A DNA stretch of 64,000 nt from an uncultured Chloroflexia bacterium (GTDB lineage Bacteria > Chloroflexota > Limnocylindria > Limnocylindrales > CSP1-4). The translations under genes and the position numbers were made by a program. Each line of letters begins with the position of its first letter. Positions within the stretch are counted from its first letter, which is position 1. The notes beneath the pieces are model-generated. The model ran no database searches. It was given only the letters and a program-made list of their open reading frames with translations, and had not been told where the DNA came from. Positions 20,956 to 32,297 of this stretch are shown piece by piece. The DNA lies in NCBI GenBank assembly GCA_963817095.1, contig CAWFND010000002.1, positions 34,841-98,840 on the forward strand. The letters run 5' to 3'.

Positions 20956-22218
20956 CAGCCGCGGGCCTCGTCACGTCGGACCAGCAGCCGCTGGATCGGC
21001 TCGTCGACCGAGCCCCACTCGTACTTGTAGGACTCGTCGCCGCGGAGGAAGTCGAAGCGCTTCGCGCCCGACTCGAGTGCCGCCTGGACGTAGCGCGCGG
21101 CGAGGACGACGCCGGGCGACAGGTCGCGCGCGTCCGGGTCGATGCCGGCGTTGTAGAACATCCAGGTGTCCGGCGTCTCGACATGGATCCCGGCGGCGAT
21201 CCGCCGGTCGCCGAGCGTCAGGAAGGACAGTCGGACCGGTCCGGACCGGCCGCACTCCTCGAAGAGCCGGCGGATGAAGACCCGCGAGTGCTCGCCGCCG
21301 GGCGTCGGCGGGAAGAGCCCGTCGGCGCCCCACCGCCGCTGGTGGAGATCGATGAAGGCGTCGAGGTCTGCGAGAGGCTCGTCCGAGACGGTGAGCCGGA
21401 GGTCTCCCGCCGACTCCGCCCGACGGACCTTGCGGCGGATCTCGTGGCGGGCCTTCTTGTCGAGGGTGCCGAGGAAGTCGTCGAACGACGCCCCCTCCGG
21501 GAACGTCACGACGGGGCAGACGTCCTCGCGCTCGAGGTTCAGGGTCCAGTGCTCCTCGATCTCGCGGGCCCCGAACGCAGCGGCGAGAGCCTCGGCGGTC
21601 GGGTCGCCGCACCGGAGCCGGCGGAGATCGACGACGTCCCACGGCGTCGGGTGGTCCGGATCGGCGACCGCCCCGGCCCCGGCGAGATGGTCGACGAGGG
21701 CGTGGGCGACGGCCGGCAGGTCGTCCGGTGCCGCGAGGATCGTCGCGTAGTCGGCGTGGTAGGAGGCGCCGAAGAAGACGGCCTTCGCGCTCGCCGGCAC
21801 GGGCGTCAGGGTCGTCTCGTCGCCGTGCCGGATCTTCGTCGCGCGGACCGCGTCGGTCGGCTCGACCTCGTGGCGGTGCATCAGGGGGACGATCGCGATC
21901 GGCTCATCCGTCGGGGAGGCCGCCTGCCCCGCGGCTCCGAACGCCTCGCAAACGATCAGCGTCTGGTCGTGGGCGCTCCCACCGTAGGCGTCCCACCACG
22001 CTCGCTGGAATGCCCACCCGCTGAACGGCGTGGCCCAGGGGTTGGCGGCGGCGAGCCGATCCCAGGCTTCGCGGGGGATGTCGTCGAATGCGGCTCGGGC
22101 GACGCGGAGGTCGCGGCCGGCCCGCGGGGCACGCGTCGACTCGACCGCATCGTCGGTGGTGGGCCTGCGGGCGTGATTCGAGCCCGGACAGGCAGGCTCC
22201 GCTGTCAGGAGCGAGCAT
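20955..22218 (-). pseudogene. CelD/FemAB-like GNAT acyltransferase; start in another frame
   Basis: The frame of ORF 20955..21881 continues upstream (DLRVARAAFDDIPREAWDRLAAANPWATPFSGWAFQRAWW) with no ATG/GTG/TTG. ATG 22218 (MLAPDSG..) lies in a neighbouring frame. The C-terminus carries RFDFLRGDESYKYEWG. Confidence 0.7.
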
Positions 22219-22630
22219 CGTCACGCGGCCGAGGATATCACCGGGTCCCGGGAGGTGATTGAGCAGGCAACGGAGTGCGCCGGTGGCGCCGTGTCGTGCG
22301 CCGGTCGTGTCGTGCCGCCGTTGGCGCCGGTGTCGCCAGTCGGCCTGCGCCATCTTCGATCCGCGGCGGAGACGAACCTCTAGAGCCCATTCATGTCGAC
22401 GCCACATTTCCTCGTCCGGTCGGCGGCGCTCGGCCCGGCCGGCCCGGCGGTCCGGCGGGTTGCCGTCACTGACGTCGATATCCCCGAGCTGGGCGTCGAC
22501 ATGCATGGTGACCGGGGTGGTCGCCGGGTCGCGGCGTGGTCGTGGGGCGGGGCTGGTCGCCGGGAGGGGGTGGTCGCGGGGCGCGGGTGGTCGGGATGGC
22601 CCGATCGGGGGATCGACGCGGGCCGGGGCG

Positions 22631-23702
22631 ATGGTATGGTCCGGACCGCCTGATCCACGTCCCGGGGACCCCGCCACGAGCTCCGACATCCGCCTTCCCT
22701 TCCTCCGCCCGACCGGCGGCGGCTCGCCTGAGGCTGGCGACGCCATCCGCCTCGGGCCCGAGGCCGGCGACGCCACCGCCTCGCGAAACCGGAGTGCGGC
22801 CGCGAAGTGGCTGCCGACGTTCGTCCTCGGCCTGATCGGGGTGGCCTTCGCGACGGCGTTCTTCGTCAGTCGCGTCGCGCCCGTGGACACCCTCCACTAC
22901 TTCCAGACCGGCCAGATGGACCACTTCTACGGCACGGTCTGGGGGAGCGGCGAGGGCGCCGAAGCCTGGTACGTCTACCCGCCGCCGTTCGCCTACATCG
23001 TCCGGGCGATGTCGATCGGCGGCTGGGGCGAGTGGATCGTCGTATGGACGGTCCTCCTCGCGGTCTCGTTCTCGGTCATTCGCTGGGTGGGCGTCGCCGT
23101 CGTCCTGGTCGGGTTCGGGGCCCGCCTCTTCGTCGACAACTTCAGGCCGATCTCCGAGCCCGCCAACCACCTGACGATCGGCAACCTCCAGCCCCTGATC
23201 CTCGCGACCGTCGTCCTCGGCCTGCGCTACCCGGCGATGTGGGCGATCCCGCTCCTGACGAAGATCGGCCCGGGCATCGGGATCCTGTGGTTCGTCGCCC
23301 GGCGCGACTGGCGCAGCCTCGGCATCGCGCTGGGCGTCACCGGCGCGATCGCGGGCGTCAGCTTCGTCATCGATCCGGGATCGTGGGGCGACTGGGTCCG
23401 GTTCATGCTCGCCAACGTCTCGACCCCGAGCCCGGTGCCGGTCGTCCCGATCCCCGCCTGGGTCCGCTTCCCGATCGCGATCGTCCTGATCGTCTGGGGC
23501 GCGCGGACCGATCGGCCGTGGACGGTCCCGATCGCGTGCGGCATCGCCTCGTTCGCCCTGTACGAGTGGTCGTACCTGACGATCTGGCTCGGCGTGTTCG
23601 CGTTCGTCGGACCGTGGGCGCCGCGAGACCCCGATGGCCGTCCGAGCCTGGCCGGGCCGCGGCTGAAGACACGACCCGGCGTCGGCGCCCGCGGCGAGCT
23701 GA
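22631..23702 (+). CDS. GT87/DUF2029-like membrane protein (paralog type C); 3' end uncertain
   Basis: ATG 22631 lies within ORF 22259..24358. The motifs LTKIGPGIGILWFVARRDW and VWGARTDRPWTVPIA are shared with 36501..37481. GC3 collapses after ~23715. The as-sequenced frame has no stop before 24358, but TGA codons at 23664 and 23700 lie in an adjacent frame. Confidence 0.6.
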
Positions 23703-24169
23703 CCCTACCGCGCCCGGGCGTTCGACTCCGCCGACAACGGCCCGGTCCCGACGGCATTCACCGCAGCGACCTTGTAGTAGTAGCGCGTGCCTGCGGTCGT
23801 CGCGGTGTCCGTGTAGCTCGTGACCACGCCGACCGCGACGAGGAACGTCTCGGTTCCGCTCGACGTGCTCCGGTAGATGCGGTAGCCGCTGATCGCCGCG
23901 CCACCTGTCGACGTCGGGGCCAGCCAGGTGAGGGTGACCCCCTTCGTCGCGGCGGTCCTCGCGGTCAGGCTCCTCGGTGCCGTCGGGACCGTTGCCGGCC
24001 TTGCCGAGACCTCCGCGGACCGTGCGCTCTCGCCGACCGCATTGACCGCGGTGACCTGGTAGTAGTACGTCGTGCCGTTGGTCAACCCCGTGTCCGCGAA
24101 GGTGGTCGTTCCGGCCGCCACCGTCGTTCTCAGGGTCTCAGCGCCGGACGCGGTCCCTCGGTAGACGCG

Positions 24170-25460
24170 ATAGCCGGTGATCGAGCTGCCGCCGGTGCTG
24201 GCGGGGGCGACCCAGGTCAGGCCGACCTGGCCGTTGCCGGGGGTGGCGACGAGACCGGTCGGGGCACCCGGCGACGGTCGGCGGCGGCGGCGGCGCGACC
24301 GGTGTCGCGGTCGCCGGGCTCGACGCGGGTCCGGTCCCGACCGCGTTGGTCGCGGTGACGGTGAACGTGTAGGCCTGGCCGTTGGTCAGGCCGCTGACCG
24401 TGCAGTTGAAGGTCGAGCCGTTGCTCGTGCAGGTGCCCGTGCCCGGGCTGGCGGACGCGGTGTAGCCGGTGATCGAGCTGCCGCCGGTGCTGGCGGGGGC
24501 GACCCAGGTCAGGCCGACCTGGCCGTTGCCGGGGGTGGCGACGAGACCGGTCGGGGCACCCGGCGCGGTCGGCGGCGGCGGCGGCGCGACCGGTGTCGCG
24601 GTCGCCGGGCTCGAGGCGGGTCCGGTCCCGACCGCGTTGGTCGCGGTGACGGTGAACGTGTAGGCCTGGCCGTTCGTCAGGCCGCTGACCGTGCAGTTGA
24701 AGGTCGAGCCGTTGCTCGTGCAGGTGCCCGTGCCCGGGCTGGCGGACGCGGTGTAGCCGGTGATCGAGCTGCCGCCGGTGCTGGCGGGGGCGACCCAGGT
24801 CAGGCCGACCTGGCCGTTGCCGGGGGTGGCGACGAGACCGGTCGGGGCACCCGGCGACGGTCGGCGGCGGCGGCGGCGCGACCGGTGTCGCGGTCGCCGG
24901 GCTCGACGCGGGTCCGGTCCCGACCGCGTTGGTCGCGGTGACGGTGAACGTGTAGGCCTGGCCGTTCGTCAGGCCGCTGACCGTGCAGTTGAAGGTCGAG
25001 CCGTTGCTCGTGCAGGTGCCCGTGCCCGGGCTGGCGGACGCGGTGTAGCCGGTGATCGAGCTGCCGCCGGTGCTGGCCGGGGCGACCCAGGTCAGGCCGA
25101 CCTGGCCGTTGCCGGGGGTGGCGACGAGACCGGTCGGGGCACCCGGCGCGGTCGGCGGCGGCGGCGGCGCGACCGGTGTCGCGGTCGCCGGGCTCGAGGC
25201 GGGTCCGGTCCCGACCGCGTTGGTCGCGGTGACGGTGAACGTGTAGGCCTGGCCGTTCGTCAGGCCGCTGACCGTGCAGTTGAAGGTCGAGCCGTTGCTC
25301 GTGCAGGTGCCCGTGCCCGGGCTGGCGGACGCGGTGTAGCCGGTGATCGAGCTGCCGCCGGTGCTGGCGGGGCGACCCAGGTCAGGCCGACCTGGCCGTT
25401 GCCGGGGGTGGCGACGAGACCGGTCGGGGCACCCGGCACGGTCGGCGGCGGCGGCGGTGC
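24170..25460 (-). repeat. Five near-identical tandem 291/292-bp repeats, each encoding one FN3 domain plus a PPPPP linker
   Basis: The antisense ORFs starting MIELPPVLAG recur at 24177, 24469, 24760, 25052 and 25343 (spacing 292, 291, 292, 291). The minus-strand translation gives a 97-aa FN3 unit. Confidence 0.9.
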
Positions 25461-25469
25461 GACCGCATC

Positions 25470-27110
25470 AAGGAACAGGCCGGACAGGACGGCATTGCCG
25501 CCGCCGTTCGTTCGACGGTGACGACGACCGACCCGCCGGCCGGGACGACGATCGGGGCGTGGATCCATGCGCCCTGGACGAAGGAGTTGGCGGCGAGGGA
25601 CGCGGTTCGCGGTCCGCGGCCGTCGTTGATGCGTGACGTTCTCGCCGCGCGGACCGTAGCGTCCCAGTCGACGGCGTAGAGCGTGGAGGGTGCCGGTGTA
25701 GGCGTTCGTGAACGTCAGTCGAAGGCGGATCTGGTTCGCGTCGTACCAGGTCATCGAGCTCGCCGCTCCGTCCCCGTCGGGCTCTGGAGGGCGCGGACGT
25801 CGGTCGTCGTCGCCGCCCACGAGTACCGCGAGCCCTGCTCGAACGCGTAGGTCACGCCGGCGGGGAGGCTCGACGAGGTCGGCGTGTTCGTGCCGTCCCA
25901 GTTGGCGAGGACGTAGCCGTCGGCGCCGTACGTGCCGAGCCAGTGCCCCTGACGCCGGGCAGATCGATCGTCGGCGGGGCGGTGGCGGGGGCGGCGGCGG
26001 CGGAGTGGCCCCGGCCCGCCGAGGAACAGGCCGGACAGGACGGCATTGCCGCCGGCCGTTCGATCGACGGTGATCGACGACCGAGCCGCCCGCCGGGACG
26101 ACGATCGGGGCGTGGACCCATGCGCCCTGGACGAAGGAGTTGGCGGGCGAGGGACGCCGTCCGCGATCCGCGGCCGTCGTCAATGCTGACGTTCTCTCCG
26201 CGCGGACCGTATGCGTCCCAGTCGACGGCGTAGAGGTGGATCGTGCCGGTGTATGCCGTCGGTGAACGTCAGCCGAATCCGGATCTGGTTGGCGTCGTAC
26301 CAAGTCCCGAGCTCGGCGCTCCGTGCCGCGTCGGGCTCTGGAGGGCGCGGACGTCGGTCGTCGTCGCCGCCCACGTGTACCGCGAGCCCTGCTCGAACGC
26401 GTAGGTCACGCCGGCGGGCAGGCTGACGAGGTCGGCGCGTTCGTCCCGTTCCAGTTGGCGAGGACGTAGCCGTCGGCGCCGTAGTTGCCGAGCCAGTCCC
26501 CTGGACGCCCGGGCAGGTCGACCGTCGGCGCGGGCGGCGGCGGGGGCGGCGGCGGCGGCAGTGGCCCCGGCGCCGCCGAGGAACAGGCCGGACAGGACGG
26601 CGGTCGTCGCCGGCCGTCCGATGTCGGCGGTGATCGACGACCGAGCCGCCCGCCGGAACCGACGATCGGGGCGTGGACCCAGGCGCCCTGGACGAAGGAG
26701 CTTGGCGAGGCTGGACGCGGTTCTGCGGTCCGCGGCCGTCGTCGATGCGTGACGTTCTCGTCGCGGTCGCCGACCGTATGCGTCCCAGTCGAGGGCGTAG
26801 AGGTGGAGCGTGCCGGTGTAGGCGTTGGCGAACGTCAGGTGGAGCCGGAGCTGAGTTCGTGTCGTACCAGGTCATCGAGCCGCCGCTCGGTCCTGGTCGG
26901 GCTCTGCGAGGGCGCGGACGTCGGTCGTCGTCGCCGCCCAGACGTACCGCGACGCCCTGCTCGAGGCTGTAGGTCACGCCCGGCCGGGAGGCTCGCCAGG
27001 TCGGCGTCGTTGCCCGTCCCAGTTGGCGAGGACGTAGCCGTCGTGCGCCGTAGTTGCCGAGCCAATTGCCCTGAGCGTTCGCGGCCGTCTGAACGCTGAC
27101 CGAGTTCGCT
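25470..27110 (-). repeat. Three diverged tandem ~560-bp coding repeats (unknown ~185-aa domain plus poly-Pro linker)
   Basis: ccagttggcgaggacgtagccgtcg.gcgccgta recurs at ~25895, ~26451 and ~27020. The encoded consensus reads W-LGNYGADGYVLANW...LPAGVTY..EQG...TTTDVRAL...WYDANQIR.RLTF..AYTGT.HLY..DWD...GAWVHAPIVVPAGGSV...NAVLSGLFL. Confidence 0.75.
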
Positions 27111-28860
27111 CGCTCGTCTGGCCGGCTGTGTCGGTCGCGGTCGCGGTGAACGTGTAGGCGCCGCCGATCGACGGCGTCCCGCGTCCCATGGCATCGTCCA
27201 GCCGTTCGGAGCCGTCCGTGTCCGTCGACCGGCGGCACGCCGTTGACGAAGAAGTCGACCCTCGCGACGCCGATGGTCGTCCGTGGCCGTCGCCGTCACG
27301 ACGATCGGCCCGGACACGGTCGCGCCGTCGACGGGCGAGGTGATCTGGACCGTGGGCCGCCGATCGCCCGGGTTCCCGCCTCGTGACCGCGTTCAGCGCA
27401 TTGACGAGCGGCTCCGCGATGCCGTCGGGATCATTGCCCCACTGGCCCTTGCCGACGCAGTCGCCGCTGCCGTCGGCATCGGCCAGCTGGCCGTTCGGGC
27501 ACTCGCCGGTCGATTTGAGGCGATCCTCGACGTCGGCCGGGGTCAGGTTGGGGAACGCGGCCAGGAGGAGCGCGGCGACGCCGGCCACGTGCGGCGACGC
27601 CATGCTCGTGCCCATCTCGGTCGCGTACCCGCCGCCCGTCCAGTCGGAGTAGATCTGGGTCCCGGGCGCTGCCACGTCGATCGAGGCCCCGAAGTTGCTG
27701 AACTCGGCGAGCGTGTCGTCGCAGTAGATGAAGAACAGCCAGCAGCCACCCTGCCCACCCGGCTCGCCGTCGAGATCGGTGATCGCGGAGACCGAGATGA
27801 CCTCGGGGAACGCGGCCGGGATGAACGTCGACGCATCCACGGTCGAGTTGCCGGCGGCCGCGACATACGTGACGCCCGCCGCGACGGACTTGCAGATCGC
27901 CTCGCGAACACCGCCGTCGGTGCAGCGTCCCGATCGAGCCGACGTCGCCGAGGCTCATGTTCGCGACGCGGATGTCGTTGGTCGGGTCGTTGTCGGTGGC
28001 GTACGCGGTCAAGGTGTCGATGGCGCAGATGAGGTTCGACCACTCACCGGAGCCGCTGTCGTCGAGGACCTTGAACGGAACGAGGCGGGCTCGCGGCGCG
28101 ACACCGACGACCCCGATGCCGTTGTCCGCGGCGGCGACGATGCCGGCCACGTGGGTCCCATGGCCATGACCGTCCTGGGGCGGACCCGCGGTCATGCAGT
28201 TCTTGCCGAGCCCGACGTCCAGGTTCGGGACGAGATCGGGATGGGTCAGGTCGATGCCGGTGTCGAGGATCGCGACCCGGACGCCTGCGCCGGTGAATCC
28301 GGCGGCGTAGGCGCTCGGATCGGTCGGGTGATTGGCTCGGATCCGCGAGATCCCCGTCGGGATCGACGTCGCCGAGCGCGTGGATCGTGCCGTCGGGCAC
28401 GATGGAGCGAACGTTCGGGTTCCGAGCCAGGGCCGCCGCAGCCTTGGCCGAGCCCTTGAAGACGAACCCGTGAAGCGCGTGGCGGAAGACCATCCCGGCC
28501 TTGCCGCCGGAGCCCTTCGCGAGTGGACCCGCAATCCGATCCGTGTCCGCGCGCGGTTGCATCGACACGATCCAGCTGGTCGTCGACGATGCGCGCGAGG
28601 ATGGACGCCGCGGGGTCGCGGGTCGCGGGCGGCACAGCGGACGCCATGTTCGGGACCGTCAGAGTCAGGACGGATCCGAACAGGATCGCCGCTCGGAAGC
28701 GCCTCCCTCGCGCTCCGGTCATCGCATCCCCACGCTAAGCCGCATCGACCCGCGATCGAGTCCGCAGAGTGTCTGCCGCGCTCGATCGCGGCGTCAATCA
28801 GGGAACTGTGCGTATTGCCGGTAGTGGTGCCGAACGGCACCGGCCAGTAGTCGGCCGAGC

Positions 28861-31256
28861 CTACCCCTCCGACAGCTTGATCAGCTCGGCGGGCGACAGC
28901 TTCGGCGAGTGATCGCCGAAGAGCCGTCGCAGCAGCCAGTACTCCGGCAGCGGCCGGTCGTCCGTGATCAGTGGGCCGTCCCCGACGATCCGCTCGACAT
29001 CGTCGCCCTGGATCCAGACGAGCTGCGGGATCTTCGCCGCCCAGGCGTCGGCGGTCTTCGCCGGGGAGTCGTACGCGGATGAGATGTCCTCGAGGATGCC
29101 CGGTCGGGCCAGGACGTTCCGGATGTTCTCGTCCGTGAACTGGAGCGGCTGATCACTGCCGATCAGGAAGAACCCGTAGCCGCCGGGCCCGAACGCGACG
29201 ATGACGTTCGGAAAGACCGTCCGGAACGTGCGGATGTGGTCGAGGAAGTCGTCGACCGTCCCGCCGTAGGGCGTCCACTGCATCATCACGCCGCCCGGGT
29301 TCAGGCGGCTCGCGCCTGCCTGGTAGTACTCGAGCGACGAGATCACCGCCGCCCCTGAGCTCTCGATCGGCGGCGGCGGGTCCGTGACGATGATGTCGTA
29401 GGTCTTCGGCGTGAGCTCGAGGTGGTTGCGGCCGTCGGTCACGATCACGTTGGCGTTCGGCTTCGCCGAGGATCGCGTCCGCGTCCGGGTAGAACCAGTG
29501 GAACATCTTCGGGACGGACGGGACGAGCTCGACCGCGTCCGTCTTCAGGCCCGCGATCACCGCGGCCCGGAACGCGGAGCCCATCCCGAACGCGACGGTC
29601 GCCGCCGACTGCGAATCCGGCCGGAGCATGAGCGGCAGGATCGGCATCAGCTTCGCATCCACCGTGAGGAGGGTCATCGCCGTCCCGGTCACCCACAGCT
29701 GCTTGCCGGTCATCTCGCCGGCCTGGACGGACGCGATCTCGTCCTCCTCGGACTGGAACAGGGTGCCGTGCATCGCCTGGATCCGCGCCACGGACGGGTC
29801 GACGAAGCGGGTCGTGCGCCGGCGACACAAGGTTCCAGACGATGGCCACGGCCAGCAAGGACGAGCCGGCGGCCACGATCCCGCGCGCCACGGGCGTGAC
29901 CCCGGTCGCGGACGCGATCAGCAGGCCGGCGAGGCCGAGGTTGACGAGCGCGATCAGGGCGACCGTCGCGGGCGAGCCGAGAATCGGGATCAGGAAGAAC
30001 GGGACGACGAAGGTCCCGACGATCGCACCGACCGTGTTCGCGGCGAGGAGGCGGCCTGCGAGCGTCGCGATCCTGGACGGATCGTCCGCGAGCAGGCTGG
30101 ACGACGCAGGAAAGCTCATGCCCATGACGAACGTTGCCGGCAGGACGACGAGGAGCGCGGGGCGGAGGATCGCCCACAGGGTCTCGAGAGCCTTGGACGG
30201 CTCGAGCGCGTACGGCTGGGAGATCACGAGGACCAGACCGCCGACGGTGATCATCGCCACGGCCAGCTGGGTGAACGCCAGGAACAGGACCGGCTGCCGG
30301 ATCCGCGGCCGGATCGCCGCGTAGACGGTCGCGCCCAGGACCAGCCCGATCAGGAAGATCGCCAGGATCGTGCTGAAGATGTACGTGGAGTTCCCGGTGC
30401 CTGACGACAGGAGGCGGTTCCACAGGGTCTGGTAGGCGAGCGACGTCAGGCCCGAGATGAACGCGACCGTCAGCGCGAGGCTGGGCCGGGCACGACCGGC
30501 TGGGATCACATGATCGGGCGCCCGGTCGAGCGTCGCGGACGCGGCCGTCTCGACCGCCGGCCGGGGCCCGACCTCGGCTTCGGCCGCCGTCCTCCCGCGA
30601 TCGATGATCAGGGCCACGACGCCGGCGATCCCCGAACAGGTCGCGCCGACGAGCAGGGTTGTCGAAAGCCCGAGCAGTTCGATCAGGAAGAAGCCCGCCG
30701 CGATCGTCCCGATGATCGCTCCGAACGTGTTCGCGGCGTAGAGCCGGGAGAACGCCCGCGACAGGTGCTGGTCGTCGGTGAGGTAGCGAGTCAGGGTCGG
30801 GAGCGTCGCGCCCATCAGGATCGTCGCCGGCGCCAGCGCGACGATCGCGAGGCCGAACCGGACGAGCGAGAGCAGCCCCGGCTGCGTCTCGAGGCTGGTG
30901 AAGGCGGCGCGGTAGACCTCGTGGAGGAGCCGGAACGTGATCGGGGTGAGGATCACGACGACGACGAGGATCAGCTCCAGGAAGCCGTACAGGCGGAGCG
31001 GCGACCGCACCCGATCGGCCAGGCGTCCGCCGACGAACGAGCCGACCGCCATCCCCCCGAAGAACCCGGTGAGGATCGTCGCGATGGCCTGGGTCGTGTT
31101 GCCGAAGACGAGGACGAGCTGGCGCGACCAGACGACCTCGTAGACCAGACCCGCGGCGCCCGACAGGACGAAGATCGCGAGAATCAGTCCGGATCGGCGC
31201 ACGGGGACCCTCCGCGTCGGTTCGGCTTGGATTGAAGGTGGCGGGCAGTGTCGCAC
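28861..31256 (-). pseudogene. Fused MFS-like membrane domain and spermidine-synthase-like domain, two frame breaks
   Basis: The N-terminus has ~12 TM helices (LAIFVLSGAAGLVYEVVWSRQL; GTG 31202 is an alternative start). The middle part is TTRFVDPSVARIQAMHGTLFQSEEDEIASV..MFHWFYPDAD. The C-terminus is KPNANVIVTDGRNHLELTPKTYDIIVTDPPPP..MMQWTPYGG. The breaks lie at ~29825 and ~29465. Confidence 0.8.
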
Positions 31257-31310
31257 GCGGTCGTGCGGATCGCCACGCCGTCGTGCGGGCGACGCGTCAA
31301 GGCAGGCCGG

Positions 31311-32297
31311 TCACGGGCGGGTCGGTGGCGGCCGTGGCCGGGGCCGGCTCGGGAGCACGCCGCGGGTCGCGAGCGCCTGACGACGGCGACGATCGGCGGC
31401 ACGAACGCGACGACGATCAGGGCGAGCGCGGGTGCCGCGACGACCGGTGAGGCGAGGATCGCCGCGGCGACGGCGAGCGTGAGCGTCGTGGACAACGGGC
31501 TCGGTGACGCCGACGGCTCGGCGACCCCCGGGATCGCCATCGACGAGTAATACCACTGGGTCCACGGCCAGAACGCCGGCATCGCCAGCCACGCCGCCCG
31601 CTCCCGGTCGCGGCGCACGAGGACCGCGAGCGCGACGACCGAGACGACCACGGCGATCGGCGAGCAGCGGCATCGGCAGGCCGAACACGCTCGATCCGCC
31701 GCCGGCGGTCGCGTCGAGGTGGGCCTGGATCGTCTGCCGCTCGGCGAGGTACGTCGCCCACGGCACGAACGGCGCGGTCACGACGATCGCGACGCCGGCG
31801 AGGAGGAGCGTCCGGATCTCGAGGCGGATCGCCGGCACGACCGCCGCGTACACCTTGATGATGATCGCGATCGCGCCGAGGACGGCGCCACCCGCGACGA
31901 GGAGCGGCAGGACGAGCGCGTGCGGGTTGGCGTTCCAGACCCCGTCGACGAGCGGTGGGAACGCCAGCCACCACAGCGGCAGCCCCAGTCGCCGGATCGC
32001 CCAGATGCTGCCGACGACGCACAGGACGAGGAGCAGCCCGACCCCGAGCGTCTCGGGGAGGAGCGCGAACGGGATCATCGGGATCAGCGACGGCGGCGGG
32101 GCCCCGTAGTAGACGCCGCCCTGGACGACCGCCCAGGGGTCCTGGCCATTGAGCCACGCCACCGTCGCCGAGCGGTAGAGGCGCCCGTCGAAGCCCGGCC
32201 CGCCGGGTGCGATCAGGATGAGCCGCATCGCCGAGATGGCGATGAACCAGGTCGCCAGGAGGATCGGCACCAGCCGCCGGACCTGTGCCTCCCTCAC
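31311..32297 (-). pseudogene. GT87/DUF2029-like membrane protein with a frame break; 3' end uncertain (31184-31311)
   Basis: GTG 32297 forms a GTGA overlap with the upstream stop. The sequence LYRSATVAWLNGQDPW..YYGAPPPSLIP..IIIKVYAAVVPA runs as far as GLPMPLLA. It then continues in the frame of ORF 31184..31651 (VVSVVALAVLVRRDRERAAWLAMPAFWPWTQWYY). Confidence 0.6.

Larger units (their letters stand above)
23705..28722 (-). pseudogene. Giant secreted multidomain protein, heavily frame-broken. Domain order: signal peptide, I9 propeptide, S8 subtilase, Ig-like domain, 3 repeats of an unrecognised ~185-aa domain, 7 FN3 domains
   Basis: Signal peptide MTGARGRRFRAAILFGSVLTLTVPNMASA. I9-like segment MVFRHALHGFVFKGSAKAAAALARNPNVRSIVPDG. 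Catalytic triad motifs AILDTGID, HGHGTHVAG and GTSMASPHVAG. Ig-like segment VSGPIVVTATATDD.IGVARVDFFVNG. FN3 units read GAPTGLVATPGNGQVGLTWVAPASTGGSSITGY..YTFTVTATNAVG. The last two FN3 domains are ORF 23705..24121. I count more than 15 frame changes. Confidence 0.8.

Noticed and set aside
24177-25521. Plus-strand ORFs beginning MIELPPVLAGATQVRPTWPLPG, repeated five times
   Set aside because: They are the antisense reading of the FN3 repeats. The minus strand gives a canonical FN3 sequence with much better codon bias.
24170-27110. Possible CRISPR array or mobile-element repeats
   Set aside because: The units are 291-292 bp and ~560 bp long, directly abut each other without unique spacers, and encode protein domains. 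No cas genes or transposase are nearby.
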